From NCBI GenBank assembly GCA_025993875.1, contig JAMQHH010000013.1:95744-159743 (forward strand): a stretch of 64,000 bases of DNA, in the 5' to 3' direction. A program made the translations under genes and the position numbers. How positions within the stretch are numbered: the first letter of the stretch is position 1; the number at the start of each line of letters is the position of its first letter. This stretch comes from Candidatus Dojkabacteria bacterium (GTDB taxonomy: Bacteria; Patescibacteriota; Dojkabacteria; J137). The notes beneath the pieces are model-generated. The model ran no database searches. It was given only the letters and a program-made list of their open reading frames with translations, and was not told the DNA's origin. Of the stretch, positions 55,345 to 64,000 are shown one piece after another.

Positions 55345-56850
55345 ATGAGACTTAAGTTTTCACTTTTGATAATAATTTCTTTGCTTTTTATTATACTTTC
55401 AATAAATTTTGGAATTAATATTATTGTTTTTAAAAGTGAATCTGAAATTTTAGAAATAAATGCCCTTTTAACAGAGCTGGGCTATAATCCGTTAACTTTG
55501 GATCTATATAAAAGTTCGGAATTAAATACACTATTGCCAAGAATTGAATATTTTTTTTGGTTAAACAATACTTTGCAAAGTAAAACCAGATATCAGAAAG
55601 AAATAAATGACATTGTAACAAAGTTTGACAATACATATAACGATTATGTAACTAAGGTAAAAGTTTTTAACGAATTAGACTTAAAATTTTTGGAAATTGA
55701 TTTAGAAAAAATTGATGTAAAAACCAAAAGAAATGCTAATACTTTTTGGAAAGAACTGAAAGAGTCGTTACGGGAGCAAATTGTGAATTACAATATGAAG
55801 AACGAGATACCCTTGAGGTTTGAATTAGATACACAACAGGAAGTTAACAAAATCTCTTTGGAAAAAAAACTTGGAATGCTTATAGGAATTAGCCTAGAAT
55901 CTACAAAATTAAACTCGGAGGAAACCGCTTTAATAAAAGATTTACACGTAGGAAGCGTAGTACTCTTTGGTTCTAACATTGAAAGTGAGGCTCAGCTAAA
56001 AGAGCTAACCGTTTCGATTCAAAAATTAGATCCCGAGTATCCTGTTTTGATTTCTGTAGACCAAGAGGGCGGATTGGTAAAAAGAATTTGGTGGGATTCT
56101 GCTCTCGGTCAAAAAGAGATGGCAAATCTAAGCACTGACCAAAGATGTGCACAATGGAACCAAAGGTCCGAGTTACTAAGTGAATTGGGGATAAACTGGA
56201 ATCTTGGGATTGTAGCAGATGTAAGTCCTAACATGTATTCCTTTATATACCCCAGAACTTTTAGTACAGACTACAATATTGCGGCAAATTTAACCGCCGA
56301 AGCTGTAAAATGTTCCCCTTTAACTCTTACTACACTTAAGCATTATCCCGGGCATGGCTCCACTTTTGTTGATACTCACACTCAGTTAGGGATAATGGCC
56401 GTACAGGAAGAGGCGGAATGGTTGGAAAAAGATGCTAAACCGTTTTTATCGGCAAAAGATTCCGATACAATAATGATTGGACATTTAATAATGGAATGGC
56501 TCGATTCTGATAATCCTGCTTCTCTTTCTCAATCTCAAATTGATTATTTGCGAAACAATATAGGTTACGAAGGGCTTATTGTAACAGACGACATTAGGAT
56601 GTTGGAAGCCGGAGGGTTCGATTTGATAGACGCATTCGGAAGAGCATTAGTAGCAGGTAACGATATAGTACTCTCTTCAATTATTGACGCCAGACGTAAT
56701 CTTTTTGTCAGTAAAGTAAGAGAACTTTTAGATTCGGGTGTTTTAAGCGAAGAAATGCTTAATTTAAAAGTAGAAAGAATACTTAAAGCAAAAAGTAAAA
56801 TAGTAAAAGCCTCAGGCAGATTTGTGGAGAAAAATTTATTGTACCAATAA
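55345..56850 (+). CDS. Glycoside hydrolase family 3 (NagZ-like beta-N-acetylhexosaminidase) with N-terminal membrane anchor and extra domain
   Basis: GH3 signature LKHYPGHGSTFVDTHTQ (KH[FY]PGHG...D[ST]H). DQEGG region LISVDQEGGLV. 501 aa. Confidence 0.7.
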   Translation: MRLKFSLLIIISLLFIILSINFGINIIVFKSESEILEINALLTELGYNPLTLDLYKSSELNTLLPRIEYFFWLNNTLQSKTRYQKEINDIVTKFDNTYNDYVTKVKVFNELDLKFLEIDLEKIDVKTKRNANTFWKELKESLREQIVNYNMKNEIPLRFELDTQQEVNKISLEKKLGMLIGISLESTKLNSEETALIKDLHVGSVVLFGSNIESEAQLKELTVSIQKLDPEYPVLISVDQEGGLVKRIWWDSALGQKEMANLSTDQRCAQWNQRSELLSELGINWNLGIVADVSPNMYSFIYPRTFSTDYNIAANLTAEAVKCSPLTLTTLKHYPGHGSTFVDTHTQLGIMAVQEEAEWLEKDAKPFLSAKDSDTIMIGHLIMEWLDSDNPASLSQSQIDYLRNNIGYEGLIVTDDIRMLEAGGFDLIDAFGRALVAGNDIVLSSIIDARRNLFVSKVRELLDSGVLSEEMLNLKVERILKAKSKIVKASGRFVEKNLLYQ

Positions 56851-56861
56851 ACTATCGGTGT

Positions 56862-58208
56862 CTACAACCAGTCGCAGCGTAACCAGTCAATAATTCCAAT
56901 ACACGGTTGCAAAAATATTTTTTTATATTCATCCCAGGTAACTCCATCTCGAGTTATAAGACCACGCCAGTATTGCTGCATTTGAAAAAGATTTAAAAAT
57001 AACAGAAAAAGAATAAAAATGAAAATAAATAGTTTAAATCTCTTTTGCTTTATCTTTAAAAATAAATCAACAGTAAAACCTAATGGAATAGAAAAGAAAA
57101 TTAAAAATTCTGTAAAAGCTCTATGACCAAACGAATGGCCGTACGACCAAGCCCACCATGAAGAAACAAGATAAAGTTGTAGAATGATAATTGATAAAAA
57201 CACTATGCTTACAACTTTTCGTTTTCTAATCATTATTATAAAACCCGGAAAAATAAACAATAAAATTGGTGTCCAAAAAAACAAACCTTTCCTTGGGCTA
57301 AAAAGAACTTTAAAAAACTCTGGCTGTAAAAAATTAAAAGTTTCCCCGATGTAAGAAAAATAAAGAAACTGATCTGTTACAAGTTTCCAATAGATTATTT
57401 GAGGCATCAAAATAGCTAGAGAAGTAATAAATAACAAAAAAATTTTAAAGTAGTTTGTTTTCGCAAAATTAATTATTCCTTCTCCTTTGTATATCTGCAT
57501 TACAGGTATTAAAAAAAGCAATCCTACAATAAAATTTGTTGGGCGGATTGCTATCGCAAACCCATACAGTAAACCTAAAAAAATCCAAAACAATAACCGA
57601 TGTTTGTTTTTTTTAAATTCCAGAATCATATACAAAAAAATTGAGATTATCGAGAAGGAAAAAACATGGCTAAAGCCCGATTCGTAGGTTGAATAATGTA
57701 GCAAATTTGTTCCGAAAGCAATTAATATTAAAGTAATCGATATTACAGTCTCATCAAAAAATTTTTTTAAAGTTTTACTTAAAAAATGTAATCCGATAAT
57801 ACAATAAAATATTGCGGCAGCAGTTACCGATATAGAATAAATACCTTTAAAGAAATCTTTTTGACCGATAAAGTTGTTAATTGAATCGGCAAAAAAATAA
57901 AACGGTAAAATTAAAAGAGAAGTTCCGATGGGATATTTATTTAAAAAATTTCCATTTTCTAATTTTATTAATCTTCCTGTTGCTTCGCCATATTCGGCTT
58001 TTGTTAAAAAATCCCATGTTTGGGTTCCCGATATATCTTTAAATTTTAATATTTGGGGCAAGTATAGGTAATACCCAAATCCATCTGATGTAATTGGGTT
58101 CCAGCTTCTAGCAAAAATTTGCATACTAAACGGTATAAATAAAAGCAGTAAACTGATAAGTATAAATATCAGTCTTGAGTTTGCTAATAAAGACTTTAAT
58201 ATTTTCAT
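56862..58208 (-). CDS. Polytopic membrane protein, possibly a GT-C-fold (ArnT/PMT-like) glycosyltransferase
   Basis: 448 aa, 10 or more TM helices. An early loop with ..DGFGYYLYLPQ.. is reminiscent of GT39/GT83 first-loop motifs. Weak. Confidence 0.35.
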   Translation of the reverse strand: MKILKSLLANSRLIFILISLLLLFIPFSMQIFARSWNPITSDGFGYYLYLPQILKFKDISGTQTWDFLTKAEYGEATGRLIKLENGNFLNKYPIGTSLLILPFYFFADSINNFIGQKDFFKGIYSISVTAAAIFYCIIGLHFLSKTLKKFFDETVISITLILIAFGTNLLHYSTYESGFSHVFSFSIISIFLYMILEFKKNKHRLLFWIFLGLLYGFAIAIRPTNFIVGLLFLIPVMQIYKGEGIINFAKTNYFKIFLLFITSLAILMPQIIYWKLVTDQFLYFSYIGETFNFLQPEFFKVLFSPRKGLFFWTPILLFIFPGFIIMIRKRKVVSIVFLSIIILQLYLVSSWWAWSYGHSFGHRAFTEFLIFFSIPLGFTVDLFLKIKQKRFKLFIFIFILFLLFLNLFQMQQYWRGLITRDGVTWDEYKKIFLQPCIGIIDWLRCDWL

Positions 58209-58698
58209 ATAACAAGATTGTAAGGCTTTTTCGTAAAGTTATCTAATAAATTTTTTGTAAAAGTAACGGCTATTAACAGAATTATTAAGTAACAAGCAAT
58301 ATCTAAGGCTTTGTTTATTTCGAATTGGACATTTATCATTAATTATCCATAAAATTATATTCATGATTTTTAAATCTTTTAAAATACATTTTGAGCATTT
58401 TCTGCCCTTAACTTAAGATTCTCTTGTAAATTATTCATAGATAATCATTAATATTAAGTTTCGGCCTAAGAAATGAGGTAGAGAAACTCAAATGTTTTGA
58501 ACCCAGATTTTAACTTCAAAATTATATCTCTTCAAACAATCTAGAATTCATGGAATAAGTTTTTTGCCATATTGGCGACCACCGTGCAGGTGTAAATTTG
58601 CAGCGAGTGCAAAACTATTTTATACGTTAATAAATCTAAATTTAAAAAAACTGCTTTTATGCTTTGAATATAGTGTTAATCCGTAGAAATGTATTACA

Positions 58699-59184
58699 TT
58701 AGTATTTTACAACAGCATTGGGCATTTGGGATTGAATCTCTTTTATTTGTTCTAAAGAAAATTCATTACCGGTTAGATTTATAAATATCTCCTGTTGTAA
58801 TAAAAATAATTCATTGGGATAGGTAGAGATATTATTATTAGAGAAATCAATTTGTTTCAGTTTTTTAAGCTGCCCTATCTCGGCTGGGATAGCGGTTAGT
58901 TTATTATTTTTAGCCGACAGAACTTCTAGCTTATTCATCTTTCTTATCTCGGCCGGTAGCGCCCCCGTTAAACTGTTGTTATCTAAAATAAGCTCGGTAG
59001 CATTTGTGTATTCACCTATCTCGGCCGGAAGAAAAGTTAGCCCATTATTACTTAAGTTTATGGTGGAAGCGTTTTTTGATAAGCCGTAAAGGGGTTGGGG
59101 TTTCGTAACCAGCAAAATATAGCTCCCGGTAGCCGAAACCAATATAAATAGTACTATTGCGATTATTAGAAGTGTTTTTTTCAT
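58699..59184 (-). CDS. Leucine-rich-repeat (LRR) protein with N-terminal anchor or signal
   Basis: 161 aa. Repeating LxxLxLxxNxLTxLPAEIGxL units. Confidence 0.7.
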   Translation of the reverse strand: MKKTLLIIAIVLFILVSATGSYILLVTKPQPLYGLSKNASTINLSNNGLTFLPAEIGEYTNATELILDNNSLTGALPAEIRKMNKLEVLSAKNNKLTAIPAEIGQLKKLKQIDFSNNNISTYPNELFLLQQEIFINLTGNEFSLEQIKEIQSQMPNAVVKY

Positions 59185-59359
59185 ATCTAATTTTAAATGG
59201 CTTGGCTGTTAATTAATTATATTGTTTAAAGTAATAATAGCAGAATTATTTTCTGTTGCGTAATTGGTTTTTGCAAAACTAAACCGGCTGGCAATATTTT
59301 TGTTTCTGAGTTAGATAAAATCGAAATATGTATCAAATCGTTTTTCATCAATTAGAGTG

Positions 59360-59890
59360 TCAAGTACCCGAAATGTTAAGAACACTTTCGCCGAGTTTCA
59401 GTTTAATTTGGATAGGGCTTATTTTTAAACTGGTATGTATTCGATACCTATTGTAATAACTAATATAACTGTATATTTCTTCAACTAATTCACCTAAGGT
59501 TTCAAATCTATTTAAATCTCCATTTTCATCCTTAAATCTGGAAAAGAATGATTCCTTGTATCCATTTTGCCATGGAGATCCTTTATCACTTAATGAGAAT
59601 TTAATATTATTTGATTTATTTATTATTTCTACCTTTTTTTTCCTCTCTAATTCAAATGTAACTAGCCCTGATATTCTTTTAAGCTCCTCGTTCTCCCTTT
59701 TAAGTCTGTTATGCCCAAGTATTGAAATCTCAGGTTTTGCTTGATTTGATAGCCATCTGTATATTGTTTTGTCATTTAATCCATAGAGTTTTGCTAGATC
59801 AATAACTTTTTCTCCTGCTTTTGCTTTTGAGATTATTTCGTCTTTAATCTCCTTTGGTACTGTTTTGAACATATCTACAAAATTTAACAA
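59360..59890 (-). mobile_element. IS3-family transposase remnant. OrfA HTH N-terminus fused to the extreme C-terminus of OrfB. The DDE catalytic core is deleted
   Basis: N-terminal ..KVIDLAKLYGLNDKTIYRWL.. (IS3 OrfA HTH). C-terminal ..DKGSPWQNGYKESFFSRFKDE...IYSYISYYNRYRIHTSLKISP.. matches the end of IS3 OrfB (..CWDNAxxESFFxxLK...YxxWYNxxRxHSSLxYxSP). Only 176 aa. Confidence 0.6.
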
Positions 59891-60050
59891 GTAAATTATT
59901 TTAACTTACTTGTCGAAACATGTCTTAATTTATCAGGTACCTGTCTCTTCTTCCTTTTATCAATTTTTGAAACTGTAGCTTGCTCTTGAACTTATTGAAA
60001 TAACGTTTATACTATATAAAGTAGAAACTGTTTGCGTTTTATGTATCTTT

Positions 60051-62726
60051 ATGGGTAATACTCAACAACCAAAAAAATTTAACCGTAAAATTCTCATCTT
60101 TATATTTTCGATTCTTGTTTTAAATGCAGTTTTGGTTTCGAGGGTTGTTGCGCAGCCTGCACGTTCGCCATCGAGCATAAATTTATTTACAATAATTTCG
60201 CCCCAGGAAAATGCATTTTTAAAAAACGACACATCTTATAGCCATTCCGAAATGGGCGGGATAATAGGAGATACAATTTCGGCCGCAGAAACTGTTTTGG
60301 GAGGAGATTCTTTTTCCAACCAGTATGCCCAAAGCAAAAGCACATCAGACTCTATTAGTTCAATCTTAAAGCAATATCCCGATATAGACTATAACACTGC
60401 AATCTATCTAATTAATAACAGCACTGCAGGTGGTGGAGTTATGGGTATGATTTCGTCGGGAACAAATTTACTTGTAACACAAAGACCAGCATCGGGAACC
60501 TGGTTTTTAGAACAAAAAGTTTACGCTCTTACTAATCCCGGCAAAGTTTATGCGCAGTCCTCTACCCCATCGCCTTATTACCCGGGGCTTGGATTTGATT
60601 TATTAAAGCCGATTTACGGGTTTTGGGGATGGTCGGTAAATATTGTTTTTGGATTTCTTATTTTGCTTATAATCGTTATTGCTTTTGCAATAATGTTTCA
60701 GCAACGTCTTGGAGCAAAAACCGCAATAACATTGCAAACTGCTATTCCAAGTATTGCGCTTGCACTTATCTTAGTTCCCTTTAGTTATGCTATCTCGGGT
60801 GCATTTATAGACTTAATAACTCTTGGCACAAATGTTGTTCACGGATTTGTTTTAGGACCGGGTTCTCCCGGAAAAGGAGTTTACGATGATATTGTAAGTG
60901 AATCTATATCCCAAACTGACTGTGCAAAAAACGGCGTTTTTGGAGACGATTGTAATAGAGGTCTTTATGCCGACGATTGGCGTGTTGGAGTTTTACGCTT
61001 TAGGGAACAAATAGATTTACGGCCGACTTTCTCGGAAGTGGGCGATACTTTGCAGCTAAAGGTTTTTGATTTTATTGTCCCAATCTTAAACGCAATATTC
61101 TGGGAAGAGGCAGCCACGGGGCAAACAGTTCCATCTACTGCTGCGTGGTTTGGTGCAATTGTTAACATGGGTTTATCGATTTTAATGATCTGGTACGGCA
61201 TTAAAGCATTTATTATTTTATTCGGAAAATATTTAACATTAATAATTTTACCTATTGCATCTCCGTTTATTTTTGCCACTGTTGCCGTTCCGGGAACGGG
61301 AATAAAAAATGTTACCATGTATGCAAAACGACTTGGCGCAGCAGCACTTTCGTATATTGTAACTTATGGAATACTGCTTTTAACTATAGTTCTAACACAT
61401 CAGGCGTTTTTATCTACCCTTCCCGAACTTAGATCGGGGGCTTTTGTTCCGCCACTTTTAGGAATAACAGCAGCAATTGGTGGAGGAAGTACAACTTTGG
61501 CAAAGCTTCTATTTACCCTTATTGGACTCGGAATGTATTTTTCGTTACCAAAAATTTTGGCAAGTGTAGATAAGGCCTTGGGAGTAAGTGGACCGCTAAT
61601 TCCTGATTTTATAAAGACACCTTGGGAAGGGCTAAAGGAGAGCTGGAATGTTACGAGAGGGGTAGCAGGAAGAGCTGTAAGGGCTCCTTTTGCTGTGCCT
61701 GGTTTAGCGCAAAAGGGACTTGAAGTTTTAGAATCAACTAGAGATGGATTAAATCTTAATGCAATGAGGAACAGATGGATTGCAAGAAGACAGGACAGAG
61801 CGGGTATTGGACAGGAAAATGAAACAAGTGCGAGATACCAGCATAAGAAGGACTTAGAAGGTAAATGGGCAGAGGCAAAGCGACAGTTTGATGCTGCTGT
61901 TGCATCCGGAGACAGGCGTGGTGCATTGAGATATAAAGGGGATATGGACGATTTAGATAAAGAGGCAACTAGAAATAGCATAACATTATCCCATTCAACT
62001 AAACCCGAGGATAAAGTTTCTATATCGGCAGTATTTAAGAGTAAAAGCAATGACCCAGATAATATGATTATATTCAAAACAGATAGGCTAGATGATATCT
62101 TCCTAAAAGTAACAGGAAGGAAAAATATGACGGATGCAGCAGGAAGCTATCCGGTTGCAACTGCTTTAATTGCAGCTGACTTGGTTCTGGAAGCAAAGAA
62201 ACTTGCATTCCCTCCAGAACCAGTAATCCAGATTGGGTATGCATCTTTAGTGCCTGGGTCTTCTCAAGATCTTGAGTGGGGAGGTCCAGCTCCTGCCAAC
62301 GAACAATTTAGTGCTGCTATTGCATCTCCCCCTGCTGTTGCGTTGACTTTTGGGGCAGCGAAAACCGGGTTCGAAAATTTTATTCGAATAAGAGCAAACA
62401 ATGGATTCCCGGCAATGACTCCCGCTGATGTCGCGAAATTGAAAAAAGCTTTATCTCCGGATTATTATGAAGGCAAAAAGATAACTATTCCTATGGCGGT
62501 TGAGATTGGATTTGGAACGCCACTTGCGTCCCTCAACGAAGTAAGTTTTGGAGAGTTGTTTGGAACAAGGGACACTAGCACAGGAAGATACGTAGGGGGA
62601 TTTTTGGCAAGCTATGGTGCCAGTTTTAAATTTGGTGATGTAGGAACTGACTCAAACAAAAGGATATTTAGGATTAACGGAAAAGATTCTAATGCAATAA
62701 CCGTTAATATAATTAAGCAGGACTAA
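60051..62726 (+). CDS. Large polytopic membrane protein with N-terminal signal peptide, central 6-8 TM block and about 390-aa hydrophilic C-terminal region. TrbL/VirB6-like topology (speculative)
   Basis: 891 aa. Signal peptide ILIFIFSILVLNAVLVSRVVAQP. TM cluster between about aa 200 and 500. Charged C-terminus. Confidence 0.3.
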   Translation: MGNTQQPKKFNRKILIFIFSILVLNAVLVSRVVAQPARSPSSINLFTIISPQENAFLKNDTSYSHSEMGGIIGDTISAAETVLGGDSFSNQYAQSKSTSDSISSILKQYPDIDYNTAIYLINNSTAGGGVMGMISSGTNLLVTQRPASGTWFLEQKVYALTNPGKVYAQSSTPSPYYPGLGFDLLKPIYGFWGWSVNIVFGFLILLIIVIAFAIMFQQRLGAKTAITLQTAIPSIALALILVPFSYAISGAFIDLITLGTNVVHGFVLGPGSPGKGVYDDIVSESISQTDCAKNGVFGDDCNRGLYADDWRVGVLRFREQIDLRPTFSEVGDTLQLKVFDFIVPILNAIFWEEAATGQTVPSTAAWFGAIVNMGLSILMIWYGIKAFIILFGKYLTLIILPIASPFIFATVAVPGTGIKNVTMYAKRLGAAALSYIVTYGILLLTIVLTHQAFLSTLPELRSGAFVPPLLGITAAIGGGSTTLAKLLFTLIGLGMYFSLPKILASVDKALGVSGPLIPDFIKTPWEGLKESWNVTRGVAGRAVRAPFAVPGLAQKGLEVLESTRDGLNLNAMRNRWIARRQDRAGIGQENETSARYQHKKDLEGKWAEAKRQFDAAVASGDRRGALRYKGDMDDLDKEATRNSITLSHSTKPEDKVSISAVFKSKSNDPDNMIIFKTDRLDDIFLKVTGRKNMTDAAGSYPVATALIAADLVLEAKKLAFPPEPVIQIGYASLVPGSSQDLEWGGPAPANEQFSAAIASPPAVALTFGAAKTGFENFIRIRANNGFPAMTPADVAKLKKALSPDYYEGKKITIPMAVEIGFGTPLASLNEVSFGELFGTRDTSTGRYVGGFLASYGASFKFGDVGTDSNKRIFRINGKDSNAITVNIIKQD

Positions 62727-63967
62727 TTTTTTACTTCAAATTTTATAATCTGATTCTCAGTATTCATAGAAAAATCTATTCCTGCAGCAAAGCAGATTTT
62801 TAATAGGTTATAAAAAACTCCCTCCATTATCTCGAAGTCTTCTTTTTCATCTTCTTCAATTTTTAGATTAGAACTTTCGAGGTAGGAGATATGGTTTAAT
62901 AGTATTCGTGTAAGTAATTTTAAATACTCTAAAACGCTGTCAGATTGCATTTCTCCAAGAGCTTTAATACTGTTTTCTGGTAAAACTTGAGATTTCTCGA
63001 TGAGTTCAGAGCATTTATATAGCAATACATCCATTTCCTCTTCTGCGTTTTGATTAAGGTGAGTTGCTTTTTGCCAAAGCATTCCAAAGTGCTCAGTTAT
63101 AGTTTTTAGATATTCGGACTCTCCCTTCTTAACTAGTTCACTAACAATTGAATATTTTGTATTAACATAACGATTTACTCTTTTTAGAATAACTATATAT
63201 GGATTTTTTACTTTTTCAGACAGACAGATTTTTATTATCTCGCTTAAACCTCCCGGAAAGGCACCATCCATTAAATCGATAATTTCTTCCATGGACGAAA
63301 CAAAGTCGAAGATAGACACATTATTCACCTTAAAAAAAAGATCTGTTCCTCTTGCAATACTTACCGAAATTGTGTCGAGAATATGTTGAAAAAGCGGTAA
63401 AATATTTTCATTATATTCCTGAACTGTGTTCGTAATACTGTCAATAACATTTATAAAAATCTCCAAAAGCTTTTCATTCCTTTCAAATGTTTCTAGGTTA
63501 TTATTGGTAATAAGGTTACTAAGATTTTTAAGCTGTTCAAACTCAGAAATATGCTCATACTCTACAACAAACTTAGAGTACACAAAACTTTCTTGTTTAT
63601 CTATTAAATCCAACAGGGATTTTAAATGCATCATCCCTTCAGTTTCTTTCCCGGATAACAGTTTAAGACTCTCATAAAAGTGAGAATAAACTATCTCGTT
63701 ATTTGGAATTGTTTTAACAAGCTCTACAATATCTCGAATTTTTGTTTCGGTCTCTTGTGTTAATTTAATTTTATTTTGTGAAAAATTAAACCTGTAATCC
63801 TGGTTTAGATCCCCATTGAGTACTGTAAGTTCATCAAAACTAAAAATAAATGGCCCCAAATATCCAATTGGCTTCTCGGGTAATAAAACCTTTTCGTAAT
63901 TTGCTTCGACAGCTTTGCTGATTAAAAAAATATTAAGCCACTTGTATCGGGATCCATCGCTATCCAA
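62723..63967 (-). CDS. Hypothetical cytoplasmic protein, convergent with and overlapping the stop of the large membrane protein gene
   Basis: 414 aa, no motif recognised. Confidence 0.3.
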   Translation of the reverse strand: MDSDGSRYKWLNIFLISKAVEANYEKVLLPEKPIGYLGPFIFSFDELTVLNGDLNQDYRFNFSQNKIKLTQETETKIRDIVELVKTIPNNEIVYSHFYESLKLLSGKETEGMMHLKSLLDLIDKQESFVYSKFVVEYEHISEFEQLKNLSNLITNNNLETFERNEKLLEIFINVIDSITNTVQEYNENILPLFQHILDTISVSIARGTDLFFKVNNVSIFDFVSSMEEIIDLMDGAFPGGLSEIIKICLSEKVKNPYIVILKRVNRYVNTKYSIVSELVKKGESEYLKTITEHFGMLWQKATHLNQNAEEEMDVLLYKCSELIEKSQVLPENSIKALGEMQSDSVLEYLKLLTRILLNHISYLESSNLKIEEDEKEDFEIMEGVFYNLLKICFAAGIDFSMNTENQIIKFEVKN

Positions 63968-64000
63968 AAAAGATGATTCAATAACATTTATAACCTGTTG

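Noticed and set aside
1-64000. Alternative genetic code (UGA recoding, as in some CPR lineages)
   Set aside because: Long ORFs terminate cleanly at TAA/TAG/TGA and recognised proteins have expected lengths without read-through. The standard bacterial code fits.

Overview
This is an AT-rich, gene-dense bacterial window with tight gene spacing and frequent 1-20 nt overlaps. About three quarters of the genes are on the minus strand. The streamlined housekeeping set includes a short AlaRS, PheST, a short PheT, MurG, PyrG, iPGM, a P-type ATPase and an ATP-dependent ligase. Together with a 1610-aa repeat-rich surface protein, this suggests a small-genome, possibly episymbiotic (CPR/Patescibacteria-like) organism. 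That placement is inference only. I found no rRNA and no CRISPR array. Five tRNAs are clear (Phe-GAA, Ser-CGA, Ser-GCU, Gly-GCC, Arg-UCG), and a sixth tRNA-Gly-like locus is degenerate or disrupted. Accessory-looking content is concentrated in these places: (1) two tandem paralogous modules, each a small ORF plus an atypical kinase-fold protein, directly downstream of alaS; (2) a tRNA-flanked segment holding a small tyrosine recombinase, two orphan ORFs, decayed gene remnants and GC-rich inverted-repeat sequence; (3) a giant Gly/Ser/Thr/Asn-rich secreted repeat protein translationally coupled to a membrane partner; (4) an IS3-family transposase remnant next to an LRR protein and a large polytopic membrane protein with TrbL/VirB6-like topology. 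Oddities include a UvrB gene ending after about 410 aa, a perfect 22-bp palindrome inside alaS encoding a Q/P-rich linker, a frameshifted 2H-phosphoesterase (LigT-like) gene, and an unannotated 30-aa Lys/Ala-rich ORF with its own terminator. All functional calls rest on motif recognition by eye, since no searches were possible.
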